A DNA stretch of 55,851 nt from Octopus bimaculoides. Lineage: Eukaryota. Where the stretch lies: the NCBI RefSeq assembly GCF_001194135.2, contig NC_068988.1, forward strand, positions 10,685,060-10,740,910, written 5' to 3'. Both the position numbers and the translations under genes were made by a program. Shown here piece after piece: positions 40,387-53,607 of the stretch. The notes under the pieces were generated by a model. The model searched no databases. It saw only the letters and a list, made by a program, of their open reading frames with translations, and had not been told where the DNA came from. Position 1 is the first letter of the stretch. The number at the start of each line of letters is the position of its first letter.

Positions 40387-40852
40387 GCTGCCTACTGGAT
40401 CCTAGCAGCGGGAAATTTAGACAGTGTCACGTGACAACTAGCTTGGGCTGCCTATTGGAGCCTAGCAGCAGATATAAAAAGGGGAACTTGACATGACGAT
40501 CAGTCGGACGCTGACACTCAAAACGGTAGAGGAGTAGTGGCCGAAACCGGACATGGTTCCTCCTGATGATGTCTTGACCTAACTGGATCCTAATCCACCA
40601 AAAGTAATTCAACAACGCGGGTTGATGAATCATAAGACGTGTGGCCAGAACCTCCTGGAAAATAACCATAGCGAGGGACATTCCACAGTTGAATTAGAAC
40701 AGTCACAAACAGTGAAAGAAGACATGCACCCAACACCAGAGCTGCAAACACCTCCGAAAGAGGGTGGCCCCGCCACGTCAAAACGGTAGAGGAGTAGGGG
40801 CCGAAACCGGACGTGGTTCCTCCTGATGATGTCTTGAGCTAACTGGATCCTA
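40387..40852 (+). repeat. Nested direct-repeat module, possibly the 5' end of a retroelement
   Basis: 23-bp repeat at 40387 and 40447 (21/23 identical), 75-bp repeat at 40518 and 40778 (72/75 identical), and TATAAAAAGG at ~40473. Confidence 0.8.
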
Positions 40853-43194
40853 TAAAGGAGCTGTTGTGGTAGCAGACCACGAAACATGGTTGAAATTCCT
40901 CCAAGTGTTAAATTACACTTTAAATTCTCCTCGCAACTTACTAGAAATGCAGCGAAATATCTTGCGCTCACAAACATTTTCATTCTTGTCATTAAAGAAG
41001 ACACTAAATATGCATTACACAGCATATCCATTGATCAAGCCGGCAGCAATTTTGTGTTTAATATCACCGATTATTCCTATGTGATTGAGGTTATATGACA
41101 GCAATATACGCAGTGCAATATTAATTATAGAGTAATATTATTTAGCATAACGTCACTCACATTCTTATACACTGATATTTTTTTAGATAATTTATAATTT
41201 TAGATCATTTATAATTTTCTTTTTTTTTTGTTTTTGTTTCTTTCCTGTTTATTGCTGCGTGTTTATTGTGCCCAACCATTCTGTAGAGGGAGTACATTTA
41301 CTGGTATCCAATTCTGAACTCTGCAAATTTATGCTCTTGTTCTCTTAGGTGATTGTAGTCGGTGTTTATAATTCATTTCCATATTACGCATCTGTTTTTA
41401 GTTTCTGGTATTATATTTGTACAAAAACGTAGCTGAGAGCCAACGGAATTATAAAAGTGTCCAGCATTTATTTTCCTTCTATTTCATGTTATATCTTTGT
41501 ACTAAGTAACAAGGAAAAAATTACTAAAGAACTATACCGAAATTATATTATATTACGCAACTGTAATAAATTGTAATAAATTGTTTTTTATAGACGTTTA
41601 ACAGTTCTCTTCCATAATACTTTTAGTTGGAGTCACATTCGTTCAAATAACATCTATAATGAACATTCCCACCAATATTCGACAGCAGTTGATCTTTGAT
41701 GTTACTTGAAAACACTACAGAATGTTTTGCATGAAAGCATTCAAAGTTCACTTTTCACTATTTGGCAAACTATCAAAGAGCAGTGTGCTGAAGATCACTT
41801 ACTGCACGAGTGTTTTGTTCTCTTCCTTGGACAATAAACAAAATCATCATTTTCACTATGTCTTTCTGAAGACATCTATAGTGGCTAAAGTGACAATTAT
41901 TCGATCATACTTTTTTGCATATCATTTGTATATGCTTTCAGATATAGGATATTTAATATTTCGCATATAGTAATATCAATTGTATGAGGCGAAATATTAT
42001 AAAGTTAATTTCATGTCAGATACAATCTGAATTTTAAGGCACATATATTGAAATATCTCTCGACGATTAGTAGCTAATTTTTACTCTTGTTGTCAAATGG
42101 TTTATTGAATTCGTATTGCTAGTAAAGGATCTTGAGATTTATGGGCTGGTTCGGATGCAATATATGCTGGTCGAGGTAGTGTACGTCATAAGACAATAAC
42201 ATCTCCTTTCTAAGATGAGAGTGTGTTCAACAAACTCGGCTCATTGGCCAACGACATTCTAGGATACCTGTAATTTCCTGTTTTGCCGTGTCTCAATTCA
42301 ACTCTCAGTTAAGATGGCCATTAACATAAATGAAAAAGTCGGAAGATACTTTTGTTACCGTGCATTCGCTCAGCAGCTTCAGATAATACAATCTGACGTG
42401 CTAGAACAGATGGCTATTCTAACGTTAATTATATAACCACCATGTTAACATATTCGTTCATGTATTCAGTTATCGAATATTCCATAAAGGTATACATATC
42501 AAATGAATTTGATTGTACCCTACACCATCCAACTAAAATTTTATAGGAAAAAGATACATACTATTCACGTTATAAGATCTAAAATAAGAAACAGTTCATT
42601 ATTATATACTGGATTACATCATGTAATGCTCATCATGTAATTTTCATTATTACGTAATGGATAACATCAGGCAATGCTCTAATATCGTAATAGTGCAATG
42701 CGAACACTGTTCAAATGCATTTACGGAGTGATATCACTAACAAAAAGCGCTCGACATTTATAGCATGTTACAACGATAAAAGACAATTTGAATATAATTT
42801 TACAGACCCATGACGCATGTCGATATAATTACCTCCTTACAGCGGCAAGGTATAATGTAATGGCAAAGTAGGAGCTATTTAATGGATTATATGTCTGTGT
42901 GACTTTCGATCCGATTAACACAGTTCAAAATGTGTGCTTGTTGCTATAAATATTCCTGCTGTACTATAATGCTTATAATACTAAGAAGGATTCTCACTGG
43001 CTTCGACATGTAATTATTAGATAAGAAAGAAATAAAATTATAAGGCACCAAAAGAGTATGACTCTCTCCAGAGACAAAAGAAATAAAAGTCATCGCAAAA
43101 TGAAGGTATTTTTGATCGCAAAGTTTGATGAAAAAATGAGAGTTTAAGCAGATACGGTAAGGATATATTATTAGATACCTGAGGAAAACTCCAG

Positions 43195-43400
43195 TTCACT
43201 CAGCCGAATAAATAAGAAGCGACATCACTGGTGACAAGCTGTTGCCTTTCATTTGCATAACATCGGTGGCGTGAAAAGGAGAGGCTGATATGCATGTTCG
43301 ACTGCTGGTCTTCCATAAACAAGCTTGACCGGACTTGTACTTCGAAGGGTAACCTTCTAGGTCCAATCCCATGGCCATTCATGACCGAAGGGGGTCTCTA
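43195..43400 (+). mobile_element. SINE family III, 3' part
   Basis: GCGACATCACTGGTGACAAG...CGACTGCTGGTCTT...GGTAACCTTCTAGGTCCAATCCCAT is colinear with 44700-44870. Confidence 0.85.
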
Positions 43401-44581
43401 GCATTTGCCTGATGAAAGAAATAGTCAGGGCATGAAGAATCATGATAAAAACATTATGATACGTGTAAAACATCCACCCGATATAAGCATGCACAGCTAT
43501 ATTTTATGCATTACTGCTTCGTGTAGTACTTAAGTTCATTAATTGCAGTTCGACAAACATGTATTTTGTCAACATCTTTTATTTTCTGTTTGTAGTCTAC
43601 ATATATGAACCAGCGTCCTTACTACGCTCTGAATGAGGAATTCGTTGTCAGTAGTTTAAAAGAACTTTGAAAATATTCATCCTGAAATGTGATGACATCA
43701 TTCATAGACCGGTGATCTATTTTCATACTCATAGTTTATAACAATTTCTTTCTAGAGTCTTTATTCCCACCAAAGGTATTTCCTTGTTATAGTGAACATG
43801 AAAGTGTGTTAAAGATAGCTGTGAATCTATTACAAACATACATGCGTGATGCATGAAGCCAGCTTGGATTTTTTTGTCTGGAAGCGATCAGATGAGAAGT
43901 TATATCCACAATATGAAGAGTTCTTTATTTCTAGAAGTTGAATCTCCGATACTGCATACTCAATGCATCAATTATTTTCCTAGTTGATATGAAAGTAATG
44001 TACTTGTTGATTATATATAGCTCGCATAACTTTGAAAGACGTTATAATGTCAATACTGCTATACAAATCATCTATATTCAGAAAATAGCTTCACATATTT
44101 TGAAACGTATACACAATACAGTAATCCCTAACCATATTGCTGTTCACCTATCGCGCACTCAGTACATTGCGATTCACCAATCGTGGACCCATCTGCATAT
44201 TGTGGGTTTCTGTGGCCGATAGGTATTTATATGTTTTTAGATTTTGATTATTTCTATGGTAAAATAAGTATCATGAGGCTTAAAAGTTAATAAACTAAGT
44301 AAAAATAGAATACAGCAGTGCACTGTATAACACATTAATTAAAATACATTAAAAGAAATAAGCGGGGTACCGTAGCTGACTAAACAAAGAATCGTACTTA
44401 CTGTATGGACCTACCACGGGAAGTTTTGGAACGTAGCAACCGCGGTAGTCGAGGGATTACTGTTATCACATCCAGTGATACACAACAAGGCTACTTATAT
44501 GTCTAAATAATCAAGACTACGTTCATCTACTCGTGTGACGATACCATTGGAATACTATGATTATCACAGTCGTATTACATA

Positions 44582-44878
44582 AGGCACGTGGCTCAGTGGT
44601 TAGAACGTCATGCTCATAATCATGAGGCAGTGAGTTCGATTCTGAGACAGGGCTGTGTGCTCTGTTCTTGAGTAAGAACAGAACTGTTCAAACAGCTATA
44701 GAAATGAGTTGCGATGTCACTGGTGCCAAGATGTGTCGACCTTTGCTTTTCCCTTGGATAACATCAAGGGAGAGGGGGGCTGGTGTGCAAGGGCTACTGC
44801 TGGTCTTACAGACTTGTGCCTTGGGAGGTAACCTTCTAGGTTCAATCCCATAGTCACGCATGGTCAAAGGCGGTCATT
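44582..44878 (+). mobile_element. tRNA-derived SINE family III, near full length
   Basis: GGCACGTGGCTCAGTGGTTAGAACGTC (A box)...GAGTTCGATTC (B box), followed by the body shared with 43195. Confidence 0.88.
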
Positions 44879-45649
44879 ACATTTTTTAAATATATAAATA
44901 GACGTTAAATGGGCGGGAATGCTTGATTCTGTTAAAATAATGTACCAACGTTATTAATAGATGGGTCGAATGTGATAATTTTGTATAAATATTGATATAA
45001 CCTACAGCTAGAAATTAATATATTTGGATCGCTGCGTGATTTCCTACACAATATTTACTTCTGCTGATATGTAGTACTCTTGTGAATTACTGTCACATCA
45101 ATCCTGCCAGCATATGACAGGAGATATTTTAGGTAATTAAATCCTTTTATTAATTGAATTTTATCTCATTTATTCACATTCTATAATATAAATATTTTGT
45201 GATCATTTCCACTATGACCTGTTGCATTTCGAAGTTATATCCGACTACGTGATGCTGCATAGTATCCAGACGGACCATCTATTACTGAACTGGCCCCTTG
45301 ACACGAAATTAGTATACCTGAACTCTTCTATTTCGTTGCATTTTATATATCCTTACCGATATTTTGTTGATTAAATAGAACTCACAAAGTATCAGATTTA
45401 TTAACAACAGGTCACTTAATTATAGAATCCATGTCATTAGACACGAATGTGGCGACCATAAGCCATCGAAAAGTTCGTATGAACTAGGCTCGCTATAGAA
45501 CACGAAGTACATTATACTGAAATAAGAAAGCCCAATGAGACACTGGAATTGTTCAGAGAGAGAACTAGCTTGAACTATATAGTATGCTCTAAGAGTTTTA
45601 CATATTCATAATCAACTAGTTCTGATATCAATATTATTTTACACATGAA

Positions 45650-46190
45650 GGCAGTGCGCTGGAACAATCGTTACTGCGCCGCGATGCTTTACGTTGCTGT
45701 TCATATTCCTCCGAGATCGACGTCACCTTTCAACATTTCGAGGTCGCTGAAATAAGTACCAGATGAGCACTGGGGTCGATGTAATCGCCCTGGCCCTCCT
45801 CCGAACGTTCTGCTCTTTTATCATACTTTGAAGTCAATATTATGTTACATATGCAGGTGCCGTTCTGAGTTCAAATTCTGCTAAGATCGATTTGCCTTTC
45901 ATTTTTTCAGTGTCGAGAAAATAAGTACCAGATGAGCACTGGGGTCGATGTAATCGCCCTGGCCCCTCCTCCGAACGTTCTGCTCGTTTACCATACTTTC
46001 AAGCCAATATTATATTACATATGCAGATGTTACGTATGCAGGTGCCGTTTTGAGTTCAAATTCTGCTAATGTCGATTTGCCTTTCATCCTTTCAGTGTCG
46101 AGAAAATAAGTACCAGTTGAGCACTGAGATCGATGTAATCGACGAATCCCCTCTCCAAAATTTATGGCCTTGAGACAAAATTTATAAACA
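45650..46190 (+). repeat. Tandem array of three SINE family I cores (periods 169 and 185 bp)
   Basis: AATAAGTACCAG at 45751, 45920 and 46105. The intervening non-SINE spacer is duplicated too. Confidence 0.9.
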
Positions 46191-48084
46191 ATATATTTCA
46201 AATGGTAACAGATTGGGAATATTCCGATTAGTGCCAGTTGATTATTATTGATGTCGCTGATGATCCGGCAAAATAAGAAAACTTCAAATACTTCCGTCTC
46301 ATTAGTCAAATGCATTCTGAGATACATAAACTTGGGAAGTTGCCCACATCGAAGTTAGCACTTGATACAGTAGTTGGTATTAGGATGTTCGCTATTTCGA
46401 AAATTCTACCAATATATGGAATTTTACATCATCTGAAGATTCTAATGGTTCAGAAAAACTATTCAATTCTATCCTACCATTTTCAAAATAACCGTAAGAT
46501 TGTCTACAGGATGCTACTACAACTAATACTGCTACTATATATATATATGTTTATACATATATTCACTGCATAGCCCGTCGTCGTGGGGCAATTTTAAAAC
46601 TCTATGTCTTATGTAAATTTTTGTTTATTCCATGTCAGCCCATGCCTTCCCCCAACAGTTAGGCCTCTTGATTTTGATCAGGGCATATTTGTACAATTTT
46701 TCATTAAACCTTTTTAAAACATTAGAAGTTCTTACAAATGTGGTGGTCGTAATGCTTTCAATTGTTAAAACGAAATACCTGCTTGTAATGATTTTGCCTT
46801 CATTTTGTGATAGACAGCTATCATGCAGAAAATGCCAGCTTCCAAATCTTGTATTATGATTAGGTAAAATTGATCAAAGTTTAAACCCAAGTAACAATTT
46901 ACTGCATATTTTCTGGAACAAATAAATAACAAAATCGGATTTAACGTGGAAAATTATTTCAGTATTCTTAATTTGAAAGTTTGGACGTAATTTTGACCCT
47001 ACAAATATAGAGACACAAACATGAAACAATGTAATGTAAACGGGAAGTGGAAATAAACCCCGCTTTTTCGGGTATTACCGGATAATTCAGATAGTATTAT
47101 ATGTGTGTAATAGTATATTAAAACCTCCATTGAAAGTCAAAGATCTGCAGAGGAATAGTGGGTAATAAAAAACATCAAACAGAACCTAAAAGTGTTCTAT
47201 TGTTAGAACATATTACCCACACAGCCACGTTGTACCTGTGTAAGCAGATAGAATAGGTACGAAGAACTTTCAAATATTATAAGGTTACATAGTACTTACA
47301 ATGTCACAGTTAAATATTGAAACAATGCCGTACGAATTGTACGCTCACAAAATCTTACTGACAATATTCTTCGTTTTCTCTCTTTATATTTCTTCTACAC
47401 TAAATGCTATGAGGAATTTAACAGTTTATTTCTATCTTATAAATATCTAAAAGTTTATAATATATGTGACTTGTCTTGTGGTGTTCCATTCCAGAAAAGC
47501 AGATTTATGACATTCAGTTTAATGAAAGCTTGCCAGGTTCTATGCTGGAGATACAATAATTTGAATCAGATACTTTTGTTTACATTTTCTTAAAGTTTCT
47601 TTTACAACCTGCATATGTTTCATAGAATCAAAAAATAAAAACTGAATATGAATCTCTACTACATGGTGATCATCTTGCATAGAACAAACGTATTCTTCCA
47701 TGACAATGACAGGCGCTAATGTACGCATGTATTTATACTGTGACATATTGCGAAGAATAATATGTACATTTAGATTAATATAATAACAATCACGTTCCTA
47801 TTGTACCATACATTACTATTTTATACAATTCGCCAACTCTTTTAAATACAATGCGATATTCATATATAGTTTTAAAGCAAAACAAATAGTAATATCATTT
47901 TTTCTCTTGTATAATGTAGAATGTACTTTTGTTTATTTTGAGTCAAATTTGCCAGCTTCTGGAGAAGATGGACTTCAGAAAAACTTCTATATGTATATCG
48001 TATATAGTAACATAATTCTTTTCACATACAGTTCATATAATTTTGCTTTATGTGTCAAGAAGTGACTGTGAAACAAGACAGTAA

Positions 48085-48190
48085 ATTCCCAACCCAATGG
48101 TTCTGGAATCCTCGTCGGTTTCTTCGATTAAATCTTTCAAAATGGTGCCTCTGCATGGCCGCAGCCTATTGATTAAAACGAGTAAAAGAT
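48085..48190 (+). mobile_element. SINE family II tail fragment
   Basis: TTCGATTAAATCTTTCAAAATGGTGCCTCTGCATGGCCGCAG...AAACGAGTAAAAGAT. Confidence 0.6.
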
Positions 48191-49187
48191 CTTCAACTCA
48201 ATTCTAGAATTAGGAATTTTTAGATCTTAAAGGTCATTACATTAAAATCTAAAATGTAGATATTTCGGTATATTTATTTTACTGTTTTTATCTTTCACTC
48301 TGAAATAGGTTTGGCTAGTCCACTAATCGTGTAACTGATAAACAATTCCAGCCTTTATCAGAAATCTCTACCGTATGTCTTCTGTTCTCGAAAGCCACTC
48401 ATTTTTCTCTTCTACTATACAATTGGTACCTTTTTTTCCTTATGCCGAAAGAGCTTTCATTTAGAAGCAAAAAAAAAATGTTTAGTGATTAAGACTTTGT
48501 CTGGTGCTTATGTGCACAACTGTAAAATCTTTTGTACCTCTGAATTCCAATCTTAATGAAACAAATATGAATCAGTTTGCTTCACTTCTAAATCAGTGAC
48601 CTAGCTTGTATACAGCTGGAAAACCTATAGAAAGAATGTATCTCTTATTGTAATAGCATGGTCATTAGTGTGCTAGTGTTAATTAGTTTCTTTAAATGAC
48701 CGGGGCATGACATGAGTATAAGTGCATTAAAACGCACAAATGCAATTGCTACAATCGATATTTCCTTGCAGACTTATTACATATTCTGTTCTGCACTGCA
48801 CTTTGGTTTAATGTATTCGCTTCCATGTGCAAGAATTTCTCATATTTCTATACGTTCCTCATATTATGACAACAATTGTTCCATATTTATAGTGGTATAA
48901 GACAGATGATGGTAAAGTATTATAACAAATGTAGAAGTCTATTATTCTGATAATATATATTCATGTATTAGAGTACTACAGCATGCAAGAAACCTCTCGA
49001 AACAGAGCATATGAAGCTTCAGTATAATCTTAATACGTAACTCAATATACCAGACACGATGATACTAAATATACAGGGACATATTACACACTAAACGTTG
49101 CATAACTATGTGTAAAATATAACGTCGTACATTATCAACAACCCTATTAGGAAATGTTCCAATAGAGGTAATTCACGTATGTATGAA

Positions 49188-49363
49188 TTTTCTACTCTAG
49201 GCACAGGCCCGAAGTTTTGGGGAAAGAGCCAGTCAATTATCGACGCTGAAAGGATGAAATGTAAAGTCGTCCACGGTGGAATGTGACCTCAGAACGTAAA
49301 GACAGACGAAATACCGCTAAACATGTCGCCCGGCGTGATAACGTTTCTGCCCGCTCACCGCCT
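49188..49363 (-). mobile_element. SINE family I (tail B) with internal deletion
   Basis: CTCAGAACGTAAAGACAGACGAAATACCGCTAA..ATGTCGCCCGGCGTG..AACGTTTCTGCC.GCTCACCGCC. Confidence 0.9.
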
Positions 49364-51159
49364 TGTGTGTATGAATAAAAATATCTTACAGTATATTCCA
49401 CAATATCATACTTGGAGTATTCTTCTCTATCAACAGTTTTCATTAATTTATTGTTGTCATTATTGTTATTATTATTATAATTGTTGAGTAAACTAAAATA
49501 AGCAGATCCGAAATCAACGACATTTTCTCTATACTATAAGATATCATTTTTCCTTTTTATTTCAAAGCGATTATCTAGGAATTAGGTAGGGTGCCATTTC
49601 CATTTGGGTTTTGTAATGTACGATACAAACTGTAGGTTCTTCTATTTTTGGCTAAGTCTAGTATTCAACGTTTATTTTCTTTCGTTATTTCGCAACTCAT
49701 TACCAATTTATAGTGTAAGAAAGTACCAATTTCATAACATCTGCAGATGTGTACCGATTTTCCAATGATTGTCAAGCTAGATACATAGTAATTAATTCCT
49801 TTCAAACAATATCCATAACATCTTCAGTTGCTTGTATGTCGTGATCCTCGTTCTGCGTCTAAATATGATCTTGGTTGTTTGGCCTCTTAATATTTAAAAT
49901 ATAATAACTTTTCTACAAATCACATGGGTTCACATATGTATTGTGTTCCTCTTGGCAAATAGTAAACCTTAATCTTCCCTTGGTTTGTTCTCTTGCCTTA
50001 TTGTCCTGTTCAGTTTTGTCTTATATTGGACGTGCATTCTATCTTACCATTTCCAATTAATGTTTCGTTTATTTAATACTTTGCCATATTGTTTCACCAT
50101 TATCTTCACATGTGCCAGGTTGCTTAGTTTCAGATTACATTCGCTGCTTTTTTACAAAACAGAAAATATTTCCTTTACTTTTGTCCACTTATTCTATATT
50201 GGTTTTCTTAATACTCTTGTATATTTTACTGTAAATATTTGTGTTTCATTACTTTGTAATTGCAGAAAAACCTTTATTCTGAAAAACAAAATACTTCAGT
50301 GTCAACGCTTTGGTTGTGTAATCCGAATGCAATTATTATTTTTCTTCTCTTCTTCGCACACTTTGTAATCGATTTTCGGTTTCCACTTGCTAATATTAGC
50401 ACCTATTTCTGGAGCACAAAATTAGTCATATATATTACTTAACAATTGACATTTATCTCTCTTCCAAAGTTTTCATTTAAAATTCCTAATCTCTTTTTAT
50501 TTTCATTTTTTTTTCATTTGCGTCTGTTTTAGTCTGTTATTAATTCTTAATTATTTGTAAGTATGCATTCCGTCTATTTCTATAATCAGTACGTCTTTAA
50601 GATAACATTACTGACTTTTATGCTTTTTTATGTCATCACACATTCCCTGGAGAAATATTCTAAACGAAATTGCATAGCAATTTTTCTACTGAATCAGTTT
50701 ATCTTATTTAAAGTTGTATTTCATTTGTAACATACAAATGGTTAATCTAATCTTTATCTACGAGATACTTGCGTATTATTTGCTGAAACGTGTATCATTG
50801 CCCACTCTCGTTTAGTATGTCATCAGTAGGTGTTAAAGTCCTAAGAACGTGGAATGTAGAAAATCGCTATATTTATAATATTTATCTTCTTACATGATGG
50901 TGTTATTCTTTAAAAGCCTGTGTGAAATTGTAATTGATTTAACTATTATATTCAGTATCACCGTTGAGATTTCTAGCATATGATACGTCTCAGTGTATCA
51001 GAGACTGCTCAAAATATGATATACACAACAAGACGCAATGTTTTGTGGACATAGCTTTCCTATTGTTCAGGTTCAAGCAGGAGCTAAAGACAAATCGATA
51101 CTCAAGATGTTCTTCTGAAAATATGACAGACATGATATAACACTACGAATCTTAAACAA

Positions 51160-51394
51160 GTCGGCGAGCTGGCAGAAATGTTAACACGCCGGGCGAAGTA
51201 CTTAGCGGTATTTCGTCTGCCGTTAAGTTCTGAGTTCAAATTCTGCCGAGGTCGACTTTGCCTTTCATCCTTTCGGGGTCGATAAATTAAGTACCAGTTG
51301 CGTACTGGGGTTGATGTAATCGACTTAATCCCTTAGTCTGTCCTTGTTTGTCCCATCTATGTTTAGCCCCTTGTGGGCAATAACGAAATAAGAA
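51160..51394 (+). mobile_element. SINE family I (tail A), full length with 12-bp target-site duplication
   Basis: GGCGAGCTGGCAGAAATGTTAACACGCCGG...GGCAATAACGAAATAAGAA, with GAATCTTAAACA at 51147-51158 and 51392-51403. Confidence 0.93.
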
Positions 51395-52313
51395 TCTTAA
51401 ACAGAGGAAAAAGACAATTATAAAGAGAATGCCCCGAAAAGTTGATGGCAAGATGCAGTAATGAATTATTGCATGCATGTGCAAAATTATGCGAGTGTTA
51501 TGTTTTATATGACAAACTCGTAGTTATTATCAGAGGCAGAGGTAAATAAAATACCAGTCATACACCACAATCGGAGTAACCAACTGCTTTCATTTAGTTT
51601 ACAATGCTGCTTGCTCAAATTCATTTATTTCTCTCTCTCTCTCTCTCTATCTGTCTATCTCCCCCTCTCTCTATATATATATATATCTCCCTCTCCTCCT
51701 CTCCCTCTTCCTCTTTCTCTACGTATGCTTGTGATAGTATTTGTGTTGCTGTCGAAAACCTCATTGAAAATGTTTTGAACCGTGTTTTTGTTTCTAGAAA
51801 TACAAACACATCCTGCCCAATGGCACAAAATTGTTAACTTAATTTTCCATTTCTTTTCTCCATAAATGAATTCGATTAAAATTTCTTTGAGGATGCATTC
51901 ATATCATCAATTGCCAAGTGTAAACATGACACACAAAAGCGAATTGCATATTCTGGAAACAACACAGTGTTTACAAAAGCAAGCTTTTAACGGAGTTTCA
52001 TGATTATGCCTCTCGACACAGTGCAGAGATAATAATTAGGTCGTTAGAAAAGTCCACAATATAGGTATTGACTGGAGGGGAGATATTACAAAGCGTCCTA
52101 TAAGAGAAAGAATACCGACAAGTAAAAGACTATGTAGAACCGGAAGAAGAAGAAGAAAGAAGGTGGATGTTGAAAGGGAGGTTCAAGACAGACGCTTGCT
52201 ATTGAAACGAATTTCAATTTCATCAATGCCAGCTATTGACTCACAGTTTAACTCATCACTGCGAACGGTTGTAAAACAAACTGATTTCAAAGAGTGCAAG
52301 ACAAAATGTCTTT

Positions 52314-52391
<78 letters not shown>

Positions 52392-52454
52392 TACTACAAC
52401 GAATAATAATAGTAATGATAATGACAATAATAATAGCAACACCAATAATAATAC

Positions 52455-52511
<57 letters not shown>

Positions 52512-52523
52512 GATAATAATAAT
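52314..52523. repeat. Compound (CTA)n then (TAA)n microsatellite
   Basis: Direct reading. Confidence 0.95.
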
Positions 52524-52614
52524 ATAAAGACTTGCTAATAGAAATTGAAAAAATGTGGCATCGCAAGGCGACTACCATACCAGTGATTGTAGGATATCTA
52601 GGAATGATAAAAAA
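52521..52614 (+). pseudogene. R4/Dong-clade RLE C-terminal fragment
   Basis: YKDLLIEIEKMWHRKATTIPVIVGYLGMIKK (compare KY.DL..EI.RMW......+PV+VGALG). Directly abuts (TAA)n. Confidence 0.85.
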
Positions 52615-53178
52615 ACAAATTTATGGTGTGTAGCGGTGACCGTTTTAACAAGTGGTCATTCTACACTGTTACTATCTATTTTCGTAGTGAAAATCCTATC
52701 TATATACGACCCTAAGCGGTTGATCCAGGTCCACACCAGCGCATTAAAGAAATGTCGTCGGTACCTGTCAGACAGTTGGAACTAGCTGATCAGGTGCTTG
52801 AAACATTTGCACCCCCTCTTCTATCAGCTACTCACACACAATCCCAGTGTTGATCTAAAATTACGTTCCAGTCCCCTACTAGCGGTAAAGGGCGAGACGT
52901 ACCTTGAAAGGATTCCAGACGCCTAGGGAAACTCAGCCATTTGGCCCCGGTAGGAGCGTAGACGACCACCATCCAAATGGCACTAACTTCATTATTGCTC
53001 CCATTCCCGGCAGACTAACAGATGCAAAATTGTGATTGCCGTTGAACATAGAGACCAGTGCGCATATGTCGGAAATCCTGGTCTCACTGATAGCAATTAT
53101 ATCCAATCCTAGATAACTGAGGTCGTCGGTCAAGCGCCCGCGCTCCAGGATGACCCCAGGCCTCAAATATTTATAAAT
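52615..53178 (-). pseudogene. Tx1/L1-clade LINE apurinic endonuclease relic
   Basis: INI*GL...GRLTDDL..LDIIAISETR...VVYAPTG...VG-DWNVILD...SDRYR...WTW...SYIDRIF...HHKFV. All APE motifs are in order. Confidence 0.9.
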
Positions 53179-53269
53179 GTCAGCATGGCCACACTAAGAG
53201 TAGGATTTTTAAATATTTGAGGCCTGGGGTCGCCCTGGAGCACGGGTGCTTGATCGACGAACTCATTTC

Positions 53270-53607
53270 TCACTATCGACATGTTGTCGGCCATCTTGGA
53301 AACATTTGAACCACTCGTGCACTTATGTACGGCTGATACACAATACCCTCCATACACTTTCTGAAACTTGACGTAGGCCTGTGACCAGGTATCGGCATGA
53401 CAACATTCTCTGTGATGTTCAATGCGACTATCACACGTTACACACGTTCCTTTGAAGCACTGCTGTAAACAGCGGAAGTGAGCTGGAATGCAGAAACTTA
53501 GTGAACGTGCTCAGTAGAGATCAAGGTCAATCTTTGCCAACCGGCTTCACTTTGCGTGTTTTACTTTCGTTGGCAACAGTTCTGATACTTTTTGAGCAGA
53601 CCTCGTA
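53270..53607 (-). mobile_element. Mariner element, left end with TIR and HTH fragment
   Basis: TA-CGAGGTCTGCTCAAAAAGTATCAG terminus, then ...KFQKVYG..CVSRT*VHEWFKCFQDGRQHVDSE. Confidence 0.85.

Noticed and set aside
40538-40575. Hammerhead-like words GAAAC and CTGATGA in the 75-bp repeats
   Set aside because: Only ~4 nt lie between the putative cleavage triplet and CTGATGA (no stem I), and stem II partners do not pair, even across the two repeats.
40765-40820. Interleaved complementary pairs GGCCCC/GGGGCC and CCACGTC/GACGTGG suggesting an HDV-like pseudoknot
   Set aside because: I could not build a valid P3/L3, P4 or J4/2 on either strand, and one partner is absent from the first repeat copy.
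45751-46140. Repeat-spacer-like periodicity suggestive of CRISPR
   Set aside because: Eukaryotic context, near-identical spacers, a repeat that is a SINE core, and no cas genes.
49985-50368. 127-aa hydrophobic ORF
   Set aside because: Product of T-rich compositional bias; no motif, and the flanking splice-like sites on the other strand give stops in all frames.
53245-53340. Apparent plus-strand continuation of the endonuclease ORF
   Set aside because: Beyond ~53270 the sequence reads much better as mariner HTH on the minus strand (VHEWFKCFQDGR).
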